The notes under the pieces: generated by a model
What the model was told of the DNA's origin: nothing
Databases searched by the model: none
What the model saw: the letters and a program-made list of their open reading frames with translations, nothing else
IMG/VR virus record: IMGVR_UViG_2974596396_000001
Coordinates: 24,254 to 88,253 of that record
Length of the DNA stretch: 64,000 nt
Source of the DNA: a virus
Lineage: Duplodnaviria; Heunggongvirae; Uroviricota; Caudoviricetes; Ackermannviridae
Direction: 5' to 3' (one strand)
In this document: one piece after another, positions 33,116-43,644 of the stretch
Numbering within the stretch: position 1 is the first letter of the stretch
Layout of the letters: the number at the start of each line of letters is the position of its first letter
Program-made: the position numbers and the translations under genes

Positions 33116-33685
33116 TTATTTTAACACTTCTAACTTCACAACACGACGCAGAAGGTAAACATATTCGCCAGCAGCTTCATGCGTCATATAATGGGTAGAA
33201 GGTGTGGAATGATTGTTCTGGGTTTCTTTTAATCCAACACGTTCTGCCCAACCATTAATAGAGTTCCCATAGAAACCGATAATCGCGCCAAAATAAATGC
33301 GCTGGCTTTCTGGCTCTAAAACATAGTTGACGGTAAAGCAAATATCAGAACGAATAGACTCCAGTTTCATACCAACACGACCTTCGGAGAATTCGTTACG
33401 AACATATAAATGACGGAAACGATCGCGCCGCGCTTGTGATGATTCTTCCAATTCTTGTCGAAGTGAAGAAGTTACGTCAATATTAAATGAAAATGTTGGA
33501 TTTTGTAAATCAGAACGGGCCAACTCTAACGCAGATTCAACAACGCGACGGAAATTGATACTTTTACCCGTCAGGCGTTTCACTTCATCTGTGATTGTTC
33601 CAAAAGGGATTTTCGTGGCACGTTCCCCTTCGTATTTTGCCAATAAAGGAATAATGTGTTTCATGATTGCTGTGTTAATGTGCAT
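33116..33685 (-). CDS. hypothetical protein
   Basis: 189 aa, GAGG SD, downstream of a perfect promoter. Confidence 0.75.
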   Translation of the reverse strand: MHINTAIMKHIIPLLAKYEGERATKIPFGTITDEVKRLTGKSINFRRVVESALELARSDLQNPTFSFNIDVTSSLRQELEESSQARRDRFRHLYVRNEFSEGRVGMKLESIRSDICFTVNYVLEPESQRIYFGAIIGFYGNSINGWAERVGLKETQNNHSTPSTHYMTHEAAGEYVYLLRRVVKLEVLK

Positions 33686-33721
33686 TCCGGAGCCTCACCG
33701 AATTGATTAAATGTCTCCATT

Positions 33722-33747
33722 ATTATATTGGAGATACGTTTATTGAA
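33722..33747 (-). promoter_or_regulatory. phage promoter TTCAAT-N14-TATAAT
   Basis: perfect match; -10 within TCTCCA/TGGAGA inverted repeat. Confidence 0.8.
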
Positions 33748-34048
33748 TATAAACACAGGAATGGCCAATAAAATAATGACAGTGATTATTAATAGGTAAA
33801 AACTACTTTTCTACAACATCAAGAAACTGTATCTTAACGCGGTGCCCTTCGAGTTGTGAGTGTTAACGAACAACGAGAAGCAGCCTCCATGGCTGCGGAA
33901 TGGGACTGCCTGTCAAGGCGGTGTTACGAGCGAGGGCGTCAGCCCCCTCGCGAGTATATTCGAATAAATTAAACGCGCGCGAGCGTTTTGATTCCCGTTG
34001 GCTAAATATCTTCAACACCATATTCAAACTCAGGTGATGGAGATTATC

Positions 34049-35830
34049 ATGGCCACGCAAACAGTTCCTTCACTCGACGTCAGAGCATTTGAATACATTA
34101 TTAAACAGCGAATGAAAGCTGATCCCACCTTTAAAGATTATGACTTTGAAGGTTCTGGTCTTAGTGCGATTATTCGTTTGTTGGCATCTGACGCGAACGC
34201 CATAGCCTTTATGCAAAACATGCTTAATGGTGAAGGCCATTTGAAGACAGCAAATCAACGTTCAAACGTCGGTTTATCTGCTGCATTTCTTTCCTACACG
34301 CCTGACAACTATCGGGCAGCATACATGTATGTCAACATCAAAGTTACGCCTTATGACGCCAGCACAGCCCCCAATGAGATCATCATGGATCGGCGCGTAA
34401 TGTTCGTTGGGGCAAAAGACGGCAGTTCCTACAACTTTACTGTTGAGAAACCAGTGTCGGCAACGTTGACTGCAGACGGTTATTACATGTTCAACAATGT
34501 AAAGTTGATACAGGGGAATTGGTTGTACAAGACATATGATGTTGAAGGAAGCGCGATTTCAACATATACGATTCCTTCTGGGAATGTCGATATCAATCAT
34601 ATGGTCGTGCAAGTACAAGAATCAGAGTCTTCCGACGTTTCGACGACATATCAACGTTACAACAGTCCATTTGATCTGAGCCAATATGCTTACCTGTATT
34701 TCGTAGAATTGGGTATTGATGGTCTGTATGTGTTTGAATTCGGAGATGGTTATCTTTCGCGTCGAGTAGAAGATGGGAACGTCATATTCCTTCAATACTT
34801 GGAAACTTCTGGTGCTGATGGGAATGATATCACAAGCCTGTCATCAGCGTCATCCATAGGCGGGTTTAACCAGGTCGATGTAGAATTGGTTTCCGAACGT
34901 AGCGCAGGTGGAGACGATCCGGAATCTATCGAGGACACTAAACGGCTGGCTCCTTTAGCTTATCAGGCTGATGGTGCTGCGGTTACAGAAACAGATTATG
35001 GTGTATTGACTGAAAGGTTATTCTCCAACGTCTCCCGAGCTAAATCATATGGTGGTGACACGCTGTCTCCTCCTGATTCTGGCTATGTTTACATCGCTGT
35101 TATACCTTCTGTTGGTGAGACACTTTCGGACGCTGAGAAGGCCGATATCGTTGCTGCTCTGGACAAGTATAATGTGGGATCTATTACCCCCAAAGTGGTA
35201 GACTCCGAGATCACATATATCCAAGTCTCAACGACTATATTTTGGGATCCTACTTCTACAGTCTACGTTGAAGAACAGATGAAAGTTGTTGTTGGAAACA
35301 GTATCGTTAAATGGGGTGAAAATAATCTCGGCGGATTTGATCAATTGTTTGACAAAGAAATATTACAGGAAGCAATTACAAAAATGGAGCGTTCTATTAA
35401 CTCGAATATTACTTCGGTTGGTTATAAACGCCATTTCAAACCCGATTATGGAGTCTTAGACAGTTTTACATTCAGTTATGGAAGAAGTATCAAACCTGGT
35501 TCTGTGAAAATAACGGGGTTCAAACCGCTTCCTGCCGAGGTGGATTTCACTTACTACATGCGCGACAATAATGGCGATCTGAACATGTATAAAGTGAATA
35601 ACAATGACACGACAAAAGAGTTTTTAGTTCAAAAAACAGGGGTTGTAGATTATGCAAATGGGGTTGTAGACCTTCAGCAGATCACGGTCTCTAACTATAA
35701 CCCTGAAGGGGTGACCATAGTCGTGTTACCGGATGGACTGAACCAGAACATACAGGCTACACAAAACCAAGTATTCAAGATTGGTGATGTGGTTGTTACG
35801 CCAGAGGTGCGCTATGTCCAAAGATCTTAA
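34049..35830 (+). CDS. gp6: baseplate wedge subunit; start revised to MATQTVP
   Basis: FKDYDFEGSGLSAIIRLLA, GGDDPESIE, AVTETDY: T4 gp6 hallmarks. Confidence 0.9.
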   Translation: MATQTVPSLDVRAFEYIIKQRMKADPTFKDYDFEGSGLSAIIRLLASDANAIAFMQNMLNGEGHLKTANQRSNVGLSAAFLSYTPDNYRAAYMYVNIKVTPYDASTAPNEIIMDRRVMFVGAKDGSSYNFTVEKPVSATLTADGYYMFNNVKLIQGNWLYKTYDVEGSAISTYTIPSGNVDINHMVVQVQESESSDVSTTYQRYNSPFDLSQYAYLYFVELGIDGLYVFEFGDGYLSRRVEDGNVIFLQYLETSGADGNDITSLSSASSIGGFNQVDVELVSERSAGGDDPESIEDTKRLAPLAYQADGAAVTETDYGVLTERLFSNVSRAKSYGGDTLSPPDSGYVYIAVIPSVGETLSDAEKADIVAALDKYNVGSITPKVVDSEITYIQVSTTIFWDPTSTVYVEEQMKVVVGNSIVKWGENNLGGFDQLFDKEILQEAITKMERSINSNITSVGYKRHFKPDYGVLDSFTFSYGRSIKPGSVKITGFKPLPAEVDFTYYMRDNNGDLNMYKVNNNDTTKEFLVQKTGVVDYANGVVDLQQITVSNYNPEGVTIVVLPDGLNQNIQATQNQVFKIGDVVVTPEVRYVQRS

Positions 35831-36668
35831 TAATGGACACAACGGGGTTAAGTATGAAACTCCGTTGTTCTACCAGAATGATTTCCCTCTGTTCATAGAA
35901 TTTATGGACACGTTCTTCAATTGGTTGTATAGACAGCAGGGGTTCACTCAAGAAGAGATCTTGGCATATCTGGCAGATACGTCTAGTTGGATGAATCCTG
36001 AGAGTGAAGATTCTCCAGTTAAGCAGCTGATTGATTTAAAGGCTGACAAGACTCCAGGCTCAGAGGCCAAGGATTATTTGTCTGATAAATTCTTGGTTCG
36101 TACCTTTGAGAACATGATGGCTCTGGATGCCGAAGAACTTTTAGATGCCGACGGAAGACCGCTATTGTCAATAGAAGATAAGAACAAACAGATAGATGAC
36201 TGGTATAATGATTTTGGTTTCCAACGAACTGTTGATAAATCATTTCAGGAATTTGGTCATTTTATCCCAGTTGGTTCGGATTCTTTGCTGACAGCAACGG
36301 GAGACAGGTTCTCAGTTTACATTGAAGGAACGAAACGGAGAACGCTAGATCATCCACGTTGGCTGAAATTATTGAAACACATCTATAAAATACGTGGAAC
36401 CAAGAAAGCAATTGAATTGTTCTTTTGGATATATTTCGGTTGTCCAGTCAGCGTCTATTTTACGAAAGAAGACATAGGCGGTCTGGACGGAAATTTTGAA
36501 TGTGACGGCACGACAGGGATGCGTGATGATTACTATTATGATGAATACACTTATGTTATAGGAGTCCCAGGCGACGTATCTGATTTTGAAGGTGTGTTTG
36601 AGCGCGTCTTCCGTCAGCATTTCCATCCTGCTGGATTTACTGTATTCCTAGAAAGCACAAGGAGCTAA
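35814..36668 (+). CDS. baseplate wedge subunit (gp7-like); start revised to MSKDLN
   Basis: YKIRGTKKAIELFF...HPAGF motif; follows gp6. Confidence 0.7.
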   Translation: MSKDLNNGHNGVKYETPLFYQNDFPLFIEFMDTFFNWLYRQQGFTQEEILAYLADTSSWMNPESEDSPVKQLIDLKADKTPGSEAKDYLSDKFLVRTFENMMALDAEELLDADGRPLLSIEDKNKQIDDWYNDFGFQRTVDKSFQEFGHFIPVGSDSLLTATGDRFSVYIEGTKRRTLDHPRWLKLLKHIYKIRGTKKAIELFFWIYFGCPVSVYFTKEDIGGLDGNFECDGTTGMRDDYYYDEYTYVIGVPGDVSDFEGVFERVFRQHFHPAGFTVFLESTRS

Positions 36669-36670
36669 AA

Positions 36671-37861
36671 ATGGCCGATTTCCTGAGTCAATATACAGGT
36701 CAGCAGATAGATCAGATATTGGGTTCTGTTGACGACAAAGTAAGTAAAAATGACGTTATTAACGATTTTGAAGTTAACGACCCATTATTTCCACCATCTG
36801 CTCGCCTGACATATGAGTTGAAAAGATCTGTTGACACAATCAATGATACTTTGGCCAACAAAGTTATTCGTACAGATAGTGGTGAACAAACAATCAATGG
36901 CAAAAAGACTTTCAATGCGTTGTTGGTGACCAATGGGGGCATACAAGTTCCCGCCGGAAAATCCGTTTCAATCACAGATGAACCAACGAACTCGACAGAT
37001 GGTGTTAACCTGAGCATGTTGAGAAAGCATGGCGTCAGTGAAGACACTACCCCGCCTGGTTCTGGTTTGGCTGGGGAGTTGTTGACATCCGGATATTACA
37101 AATTCAATTTGGATTTCACCAGATTGTCTGCGTATACCGGACCAACATTGCCGACTTCAGTTCCAGTGCAAACAGATTCTGGAGCGCGTTATTGGACAAT
37201 GACTGCATTTTTTGATGCGTTGTTTGCAGACAACCGATTTAATGGATATGTGACAACGACAGCGTATGACGCAGATATGCTGAGTCTAGAGTCTCAAATT
37301 AATAACATCAACACGTCGTTGAACGGGAAAGTCAACACCTCGACTTACAACACTAAGATGGCGTCGTTGGATTTGAGTATCTCCAATATCAACACGTCTC
37401 TGGGTAATAAAGTCGAGGTCAGCACATATAATACGAAGATGACTTCCTTGGACGGCAGTATCAGTTCTCTCACGACTGGTAAGGTCGATGTATCAACGTA
37501 TAATGCCAAAATGACCACAATTGATAACAGTTTAGGGAACGCAGTTTATCGCACAAAAACAAACTTGTCGTCATACACAGTTTCGGCTTCTGGAACGACG
37601 GCTCTTCCAGATTTTGATTTGGTGAACCTTTGTCAAATACTGGTAACTGCGCAATGGGGGGCAGGTAACGTTGTTGACACATATCGAGTAACCATAACTC
37701 GTGACGGAACGATCAAATCAGAGTTGTTGGTTCAGAAAAGTACGAGTGGTACAGTGACGTTCACAGGGGCTGTGGTGGGTGGTAAATTGAGAATTTCCGT
37801 TGTTAATGCGAATACAACAACTGCTTGTTCGGTCGATTATTCTATTGCAGCTTCTTTCTAA
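36671..37861 (+). CDS. tail fibre/baseplate-associated protein with coiled-coil repeats
   Basis: 396 aa; three V.xSTYNxKMxxxD repeats. Confidence 0.75.
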   Translation: MADFLSQYTGQQIDQILGSVDDKVSKNDVINDFEVNDPLFPPSARLTYELKRSVDTINDTLANKVIRTDSGEQTINGKKTFNALLVTNGGIQVPAGKSVSITDEPTNSTDGVNLSMLRKHGVSEDTTPPGSGLAGELLTSGYYKFNLDFTRLSAYTGPTLPTSVPVQTDSGARYWTMTAFFDALFADNRFNGYVTTTAYDADMLSLESQINNINTSLNGKVNTSTYNTKMASLDLSISNINTSLGNKVEVSTYNTKMTSLDGSISSLTTGKVDVSTYNAKMTTIDNSLGNAVYRTKTNLSSYTVSASGTTALPDFDLVNLCQILVTAQWGAGNVVDTYRVTITRDGTIKSELLVQKSTSGTVTFTGAVVGGKLRISVVNANTTTACSVDYSIAASF

Positions 37862-37863
37862 AA

Positions 37864-37903
37864 CTAAATACCCCTAGATGACATGAATACATTTAGGGGT
37901 ATT
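37864..37903 (+). promoter_or_regulatory. late promoter CTAAATA + RBS-sequestering hairpin before tsp4
   Basis: AATACCCCTA/TAGGGGTATT. Confidence 0.75.
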
Positions 37904-37907
37904 ACAA

Positions 37908-40900
37908 ATGGCCAACAAACCAACACAGCCTCTTTTCCCTTTGGGTTTAGAAACTTCTGAGTCTTCGAACATAAAAGGCTTCAACAACTCCGGCACTATT
38001 GAGCATTCCCCTGGTGCCGTAATGACATTTCCTGAAGATACTGAAGTTACAGGTCTTCCATCTTCTGTGCGTTACAATCCTGATAGTGATGAATTTGAAG
38101 GTTATTACGAAAACGGTGGTTGGTTGTCTTTGGGGGGCGGTGGAATACGCTGGGAAACGCTCCCTTACGCTCCCTCTAGCAATTTGTTAGAAGGTCGTAG
38201 CTATCTCATTAATAATACCACAGGGGCATCTACAGTGGTTCTCCCTTCCCCTACGCGTATTGGGGATTCCGTTACTATTTGTGATGCTTATGGGAAATTT
38301 GCCACTTACCCATTGACCGTGTCTCCTTCTGGAAATAATTTGTATGGCTCCACTGAAGACATGGCTATAACAACTGATAATGTTTCAGCAACGTTCACTT
38401 GGTCTGGACCTGAACAAGGTTGGGTTATCACATCCGGCGTCGGTCTTGGTCAAGGCCGTGTCTACAGTCGTGAAATCTTTACGCAAATTTTGGCGTCTGA
38501 AACAAGTGCTGTTACTCTCAATACTCCACCAACAATCGTGGACGTGTATGCTGACGGAAAACGTCTTGCGGAATCCAAATATTCACTAGATGGAAATGTA
38601 ATCACTTTCAGTCCTTCTTTGCCAGCCAGCACAGAACTTCAGGTGATTGAATATACTCCTATTCAATTGGGTAATGGCGGTGGTTCTGGTTCTTCTACAA
38701 TTACCTGGGTCTATAATGGGGGTTCAGCGATTGGCGGTGAAACCGAAATCACGTTAGACATCGTTGTTGATGATGTTCCGGCCATTGATATAAACGGAAG
38801 TCGCCAGTATAAAAATCTGGGGTTCACATTCGATCCATTAACCAGTAAAATCACTCTTGCGCAAGAACTGGATGCAGAGGATGAAGTTGTTGTAATTATC
38901 AATGGAACGCCAAACATCTATAATCAAATTGATTATACTTTGCGGGAAGTGGCTCGTGTAACCAATGTTAAAGATACAGAGGTCATTTATTTTAGTGTTG
39001 GTGCTGTGTTAAGTGGATATAAAGTTATCTATGATAAAGTAACACAGAGATCATATTTTATTCCAGAGCTACCGACTGGAACCACGGCAGTCAGCCTTAG
39101 TTCTTCGGCTGTACTTGTGCATTCTGCTGGTAGTGTTGATCTGGGCGCATTAGCTGTATCTCGTGAAGAATATGTTACATTGTCTGGTTCATTTGATTCT
39201 GGTGCTGTCATCAATGTTAAAAATGAATTACTTACTCATACAGATGGTAAGTATCGTTGGGATGGGGCATTACCTAAAACTGTCGATGCTGGATCAACGC
39301 CTGCATCAACTGGTGGCATCGGCGTAGGGAAGTGGTTAAGCGTTGGCGATGCGGCATTACGAACTAATTTAGCTTCTTATAATGGTTTTTCCCTGATTGG
39401 TGTGTGTCCTGATGTAATCACGTTGCGAACGCTTTCCGTACCAATTGGTAAGAAAGTATTGTTGCTCGGATATCATTCAGATCATCCTGGCACTGGCGGC
39501 GGAACCCTTTACGCCTCAAGTGATACATCACTAGCTGATGATGGTGTACGTGTTTTTGTCACATCAGATGGAACCCGTTTGGTAAGAGAGACTAATGGGG
39601 AGTTATATGCCTCATGGGCAGGTGCTGTTGGTGACTGGAACGGAACTACTGGCACAGATAATAAGGAAGCAATAGAACGGCTTATCACAGCATCAGGGAC
39701 TGAATTTAAATGGGTTATTGATTTAACGAATATTGGCGTAAGTTCTGTCGTTATTGATAACAAAAATAACTGGAATGGGCATATAAACGGCAGTGTAATC
39801 AATATTTCAGCTAAGCCAGCTGCCGGTGCCGTAGACAGAAAAGATCAGGATGGTGGATTGCTACCAACCATTAAAATTACAAACTCTGATGGCTGGAAAT
39901 TAACAGGTTCTTTTGTCGACAATCGTTATCGTGAGGCTTTCTATGTAGAATACTGCGATAACTTTGAACTAGGCTGCGCAAACCTTGGTAGTGGAATTAA
40001 CAATAATCTTGCGGCTAACCATTTCAGATACTGTAACCATTTTAAGTTAAATGGATGGAAGGTTGAAAAGTCGGGGGTTATTCCACTTGCAGGTTATTAC
40101 GATTGGGTTCAAGCTATAAGGATGTGGGACTGCTCTGGATTTATCATTGATGGATTAACATCACACATGAATGCAGGTAATGGTATTTATATCGCCAGTA
40201 ACTGCAAAGACTATGTTGTTACTAACTTTGACATAACAGAAAACGCCATGTCAGGAATACAGCTCGCTTGGTCAGGTTTTGGTGTAATGCCAATTAGAGG
40301 TGTTATCTCTAACGGAACCATCACTGGAAACAGGGCTGACAGTATAGACGTTAACAATACCAGCGGTATCAAAGCGAGACTTGATCTGATAATTTCCGGT
40401 GTTATAAATGCAAACAATGGTTACAACTCTGACGGAACGGTAACTGCCGACGGTTCTGGTTTGGGTACATTTATTAATGTTTCCCATTTCATAGTTGACG
40501 AGTGCTCTTCAACATCGCCAGCCCGCTCTGGAGTAGCTATAAGTAACTGCTCCAATTTCAGAGTAAAAGGTATTATAAAAAAAGACCAGCCATCTAATAG
40601 TGATGGACATGGGGTATACATTGAAAACAGCGCTGATGGTGAAATAGACGTTGACTGTATTACTGACTCTGCTAACGCAAACATGTACTCCATACGAACT
40701 TACGGGGCGCTTGAAAACATACACCTTTCAGGCAAATATGTTGGATATACCTTGTTTGGAGATGATGCAACTTATGTTAACTGCTCTCTTGATAAAGCGT
40801 CAATAATTTCCCCGACTACAGTCGCAAATCGTTTCCCATGGGAAAATGTGAACGTAGTTGTTTCTGGTTCAAATGCTGTTGATATCAAATCAACAGTGAA

Positions 40901-41237
40901 TAGTTGCCGATTTGTTTCTAACAATGGTCATGGGGGTGTGTTGTCTTCAGGTAACAACGATATTTCTGACTCAGAATTCTATGGAACAGATGGTGGACTT
41001 TACTGTGCTGACAACATTGGTCAGGTTAGGGTTAGAGGTGGTGTAGCCCAGGGTGGCTCAGCAGCAGGACTACGAATTAGTGGTGGTGAAAAGCATATCA
41101 TTGAAGGGTTAACCACAAAATCAACATCAGGCAACTCCTGTGTTATCACCAATGCTTCCAAAGTGATATACATTGGAAATGATGACTCTGCTAACCCAAC
41201 AAACTTTACAGGAACAACATTTACACTTCAGAACTAA
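37908..41237 (+). CDS. tsp4: tailspike TSP4 (baseplate anchor, XD branching domains, TD1-2, beta-helix)
   Basis: 1109 aa; MANKPTQPLFPLG N-terminus as in kuttervirus TSP4; YRWDGALPK TD motif; beta-helix-like C-terminus. Confidence 0.88.
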   Translation: MANKPTQPLFPLGLETSESSNIKGFNNSGTIEHSPGAVMTFPEDTEVTGLPSSVRYNPDSDEFEGYYENGGWLSLGGGGIRWETLPYAPSSNLLEGRSYLINNTTGASTVVLPSPTRIGDSVTICDAYGKFATYPLTVSPSGNNLYGSTEDMAITTDNVSATFTWSGPEQGWVITSGVGLGQGRVYSREIFTQILASETSAVTLNTPPTIVDVYADGKRLAESKYSLDGNVITFSPSLPASTELQVIEYTPIQLGNGGGSGSSTITWVYNGGSAIGGETEITLDIVVDDVPAIDINGSRQYKNLGFTFDPLTSKITLAQELDAEDEVVVIINGTPNIYNQIDYTLREVARVTNVKDTEVIYFSVGAVLSGYKVIYDKVTQRSYFIPELPTGTTAVSLSSSAVLVHSAGSVDLGALAVSREEYVTLSGSFDSGAVINVKNELLTHTDGKYRWDGALPKTVDAGSTPASTGGIGVGKWLSVGDAALRTNLASYNGFSLIGVCPDVITLRTLSVPIGKKVLLLGYHSDHPGTGGGTLYASSDTSLADDGVRVFVTSDGTRLVRETNGELYASWAGAVGDWNGTTGTDNKEAIERLITASGTEFKWVIDLTNIGVSSVVIDNKNNWNGHINGSVINISAKPAAGAVDRKDQDGGLLPTIKITNSDGWKLTGSFVDNRYREAFYVEYCDNFELGCANLGSGINNNLAANHFRYCNHFKLNGWKVEKSGVIPLAGYYDWVQAIRMWDCSGFIIDGLTSHMNAGNGIYIASNCKDYVVTNFDITENAMSGIQLAWSGFGVMPIRGVISNGTITGNRADSIDVNNTSGIKARLDLIISGVINANNGYNSDGTVTADGSGLGTFINVSHFIVDECSSTSPARSGVAISNCSNFRVKGIIKKDQPSNSDGHGVYIENSADGEIDVDCITDSANANMYSIRTYGALENIHLSGKYVGYTLFGDDATYVNCSLDKASIISPTTVANRFPWENVNVVVSGSNAVDIKSTVNSCRFVSNNGHGGVLSSGNNDISDSEFYGTDGGLYCADNIGQVRVRGGVAQGGSAAGLRISGGEKHIIEGLTTKSTSGNSCVITNASKVIYIGNDDSANPTNFTGTTFTLQN

Positions 41238-41332
41238 ATAAAACGGGACGTTAGCTTTTTATTTTGAGGCAGGTTCCCTTAAAGTTTTGTATAAAAGACC
41301 AGACGGAACATATAATAGAGTAAATATAGGTT

Positions 41333-41431
41333 AAAAACCCCGCTTTGGCGGGGTTCTTATTATACCTTTGTTCATATTTGATTAGTTCAGACTAAATACC
41401 CCATATTGGTCATCCTTTATGGGGTATTATC
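41333..41431 (+). repeat. inter-tsp conserved cassette copy 1 (terminator + late promoter + RBS hairpin)
   Basis: near-identical to 43541-43644. Confidence 0.9.
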
Positions 41432-43528
41432 ATGATTTCTCAATTCAATCAACCACGCGGCTCCACTTCCGTAGAAGTTAACAAACAATCTATCGCTCGA
41501 AATTTCGGTGTCAAAGAAGACGAAGTCATTTATTTCACTGTCGGTATTGATCTCAGCGGATTTAAAGTAATTTATGATGAGTCTACCCAACGGGCTTATT
41601 CTCTTCCTTCGGGTATTGTTTCAGGAACGACTGCGATAAGTCTGAACGAACAAGCCATCCTCACTCATTCCGCTGGCTCTGTTGACCTTGGGGAATTAGC
41701 AGTAAGCCGCGAAGAATATGTGACTTTACCTGGTTCTTTTAATTTCGGCCATACCATTAATGTGAAAAATGAACTTCTTGTTCACGATGATAAAAAATAT
41801 CGATGGGATGGTTCACTTCCTAGAACTGTCTATGCTGGCTCAACACCTGAAACATCTGGTGGCGTTGGTTTAGGTGCATGGTTGAGTGTTGGTGACGCAG
41901 CATTTAGACAGGAAGCCAACAAAAAATTCAAATATTCAGTAAAGTTATCTGATTATTCTACATTACAGGATGCAGCGACAGCAGCCGTAGATGGATTGCT
42001 TATTGATGTTGACTACACTTTTACTGCAGATGAGAGTGTAGATTTTAGCGGTAAAGTTTTAATCATTGAATGCAAAGGAAAATTCATTGGCGATGGTATG
42101 TTGGTTTGGAATGGTTTGGGTGAGGGTTCAGTAATTAAGAAACCGCACATGCATACTAAAACTACGCCGTATACTGTTTACCGATTCGATGCAAACGGTA
42201 ATTGGGTTACAGACCCAACACAAGTTCTGGCATCTGTTCAGCAGCGTTTGGATGTTGGATATAAGCCAAATATTAACGATTTAGATATTTGGGACGACCT
42301 TCCTGATAATGTAAAAAATCAGGTTGCTGGTGCTACTTTGCGAATAATGAGCGGCGATAATATCATCGTAGAGAACCCAGAAGCTACATTTGGTGGTTAT
42401 CTATTTACTTTATGTAATAGGATTCTTGTTAAGAATCCACGCAATTTTATTGCTTTGGAATCGGGTATTACATTTGAGAACCATCATACAACTGCATGGG
42501 GTACTGGCAACTGGGTTGTTGGGGGTGAGATTAAATATGGCTCTGGTTCCGCTGTACTGTTCATTCGCAATGATGGTGGTACAGACCATGATGGTGGAGT
42601 AAGAGATTTAATCTCATACCGTGTTGGAGAATCAGGTATTAAAACCTATCAGAACGAAATTGGAGGTCGTTCAGCCAGGAACTACCGTTTAGTGTTCGAC
42701 AATATAACTACAATCCAGTGTTACTATGATGGTATTGATGTTAATGCTGACACAGGGTCGCCAACTGAACGTGTGGATGACTACTCACTCGCAGAGTATC
42801 CATGGTTCCACCTACCTACTCAACATATCATCCGTAATATTATTACTCGTGATTGTATGGGGATTGGTGCTTGGTGGGATGGTCAGAAAAATATTATTGA
42901 TAATGTTGTTACTTATGAGGCCCATAAGGAAGGCGTCTTCGATAGGGGTACTAACAATGATATTACTAACATTACTGTAGTAGGTGCGAATAAGGATTTA
43001 ACTAACTTAAATCAGCTTACCTGTGAGGGAGGTAGTAGACTTCGTGGTATTAACATCCATGCATATACTACACAAGGTTACGCTATATACGCTCCGTCTT
43101 CAGAAGTAAGTAATGTTTCCTGTGCTGGTTCCGGTACTAAGAAATTACTATGTACCTATATAAGCGATATTCAGGGAGGTAATATCAATGTTCAGCATAG
43201 TGCCAACCAAATGACACTTGCAATGCAACCTGCTATGGGTGGTACTACAAACCCATCTTTGCTTATGACGGCAGATTGCCAGGTTGCTACACCAGGGGGT
43301 GAGGCAAGTATTGTCAAGCTTTCGGCAATTCAGGAGGGTGTACGTGTAGGTGAGTTTCAGCTTAACCGCTTAGGCTTTAAGCATATGAGTATACCTGCTG
43401 CCCCTTTACAATTACCAGAGAGCGCTCTGGAACATAATTCATCTATAGGATTCTTCTTCGGAAGTGACGGAGCATTGAGGTTGCTTGCTAAAAAACCAGA
43501 TGGAAGTTATGTAACATACACACTTTAA
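41432..43528 (+). CDS. tsp3: tailspike TSP3, P22/Det7-like endorhamnosidase
   Basis: 698 aa; KYSVKLSDYSTLQDAATAAVDGLLID and DGIDVNADTG as in P22-type tailspikes. Confidence 0.88.
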   Translation: MISQFNQPRGSTSVEVNKQSIARNFGVKEDEVIYFTVGIDLSGFKVIYDESTQRAYSLPSGIVSGTTAISLNEQAILTHSAGSVDLGELAVSREEYVTLPGSFNFGHTINVKNELLVHDDKKYRWDGSLPRTVYAGSTPETSGGVGLGAWLSVGDAAFRQEANKKFKYSVKLSDYSTLQDAATAAVDGLLIDVDYTFTADESVDFSGKVLIIECKGKFIGDGMLVWNGLGEGSVIKKPHMHTKTTPYTVYRFDANGNWVTDPTQVLASVQQRLDVGYKPNINDLDIWDDLPDNVKNQVAGATLRIMSGDNIIVENPEATFGGYLFTLCNRILVKNPRNFIALESGITFENHHTTAWGTGNWVVGGEIKYGSGSAVLFIRNDGGTDHDGGVRDLISYRVGESGIKTYQNEIGGRSARNYRLVFDNITTIQCYYDGIDVNADTGSPTERVDDYSLAEYPWFHLPTQHIIRNIITRDCMGIGAWWDGQKNIIDNVVTYEAHKEGVFDRGTNNDITNITVVGANKDLTNLNQLTCEGGSRLRGINIHAYTTQGYAIYAPSSEVSNVSCAGSGTKKLLCTYISDIQGGNINVQHSANQMTLAMQPAMGGTTNPSLLMTADCQVATPGGEASIVKLSAIQEGVRVGEFQLNRLGFKHMSIPAAPLQLPESALEHNSSIGFFFGSDGALRLLAKKPDGSYVTYTL

Positions 43529-43540
43529 TTTATCTTGAGC

Positions 43541-43644
43541 AAAAACCCCGCTTTGGCGGGGTTCTTATTATACCTTTGTTCATAAATTTTATTAGTTCAG
43601 ACTAAATACCCCATATTGGCAAATCCTTTATGGGGTATTTTCAA
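43541..43644 (+). repeat. inter-tsp conserved cassette copy 2
   Basis: AAAAACCCCGCTTTGGCGGGGTTCTTATTATACC...CTAAATACCCCATA...TATGGGGTATT. Confidence 0.9.

Noticed and set aside
41281-41332. Plus-strand TATAAT just upstream of the inter-tsp terminator as an sRNA promoter
   Set aside because: Weak -35 and AT-rich context; more likely residual sequence carried in with the TSP4 C-terminal module
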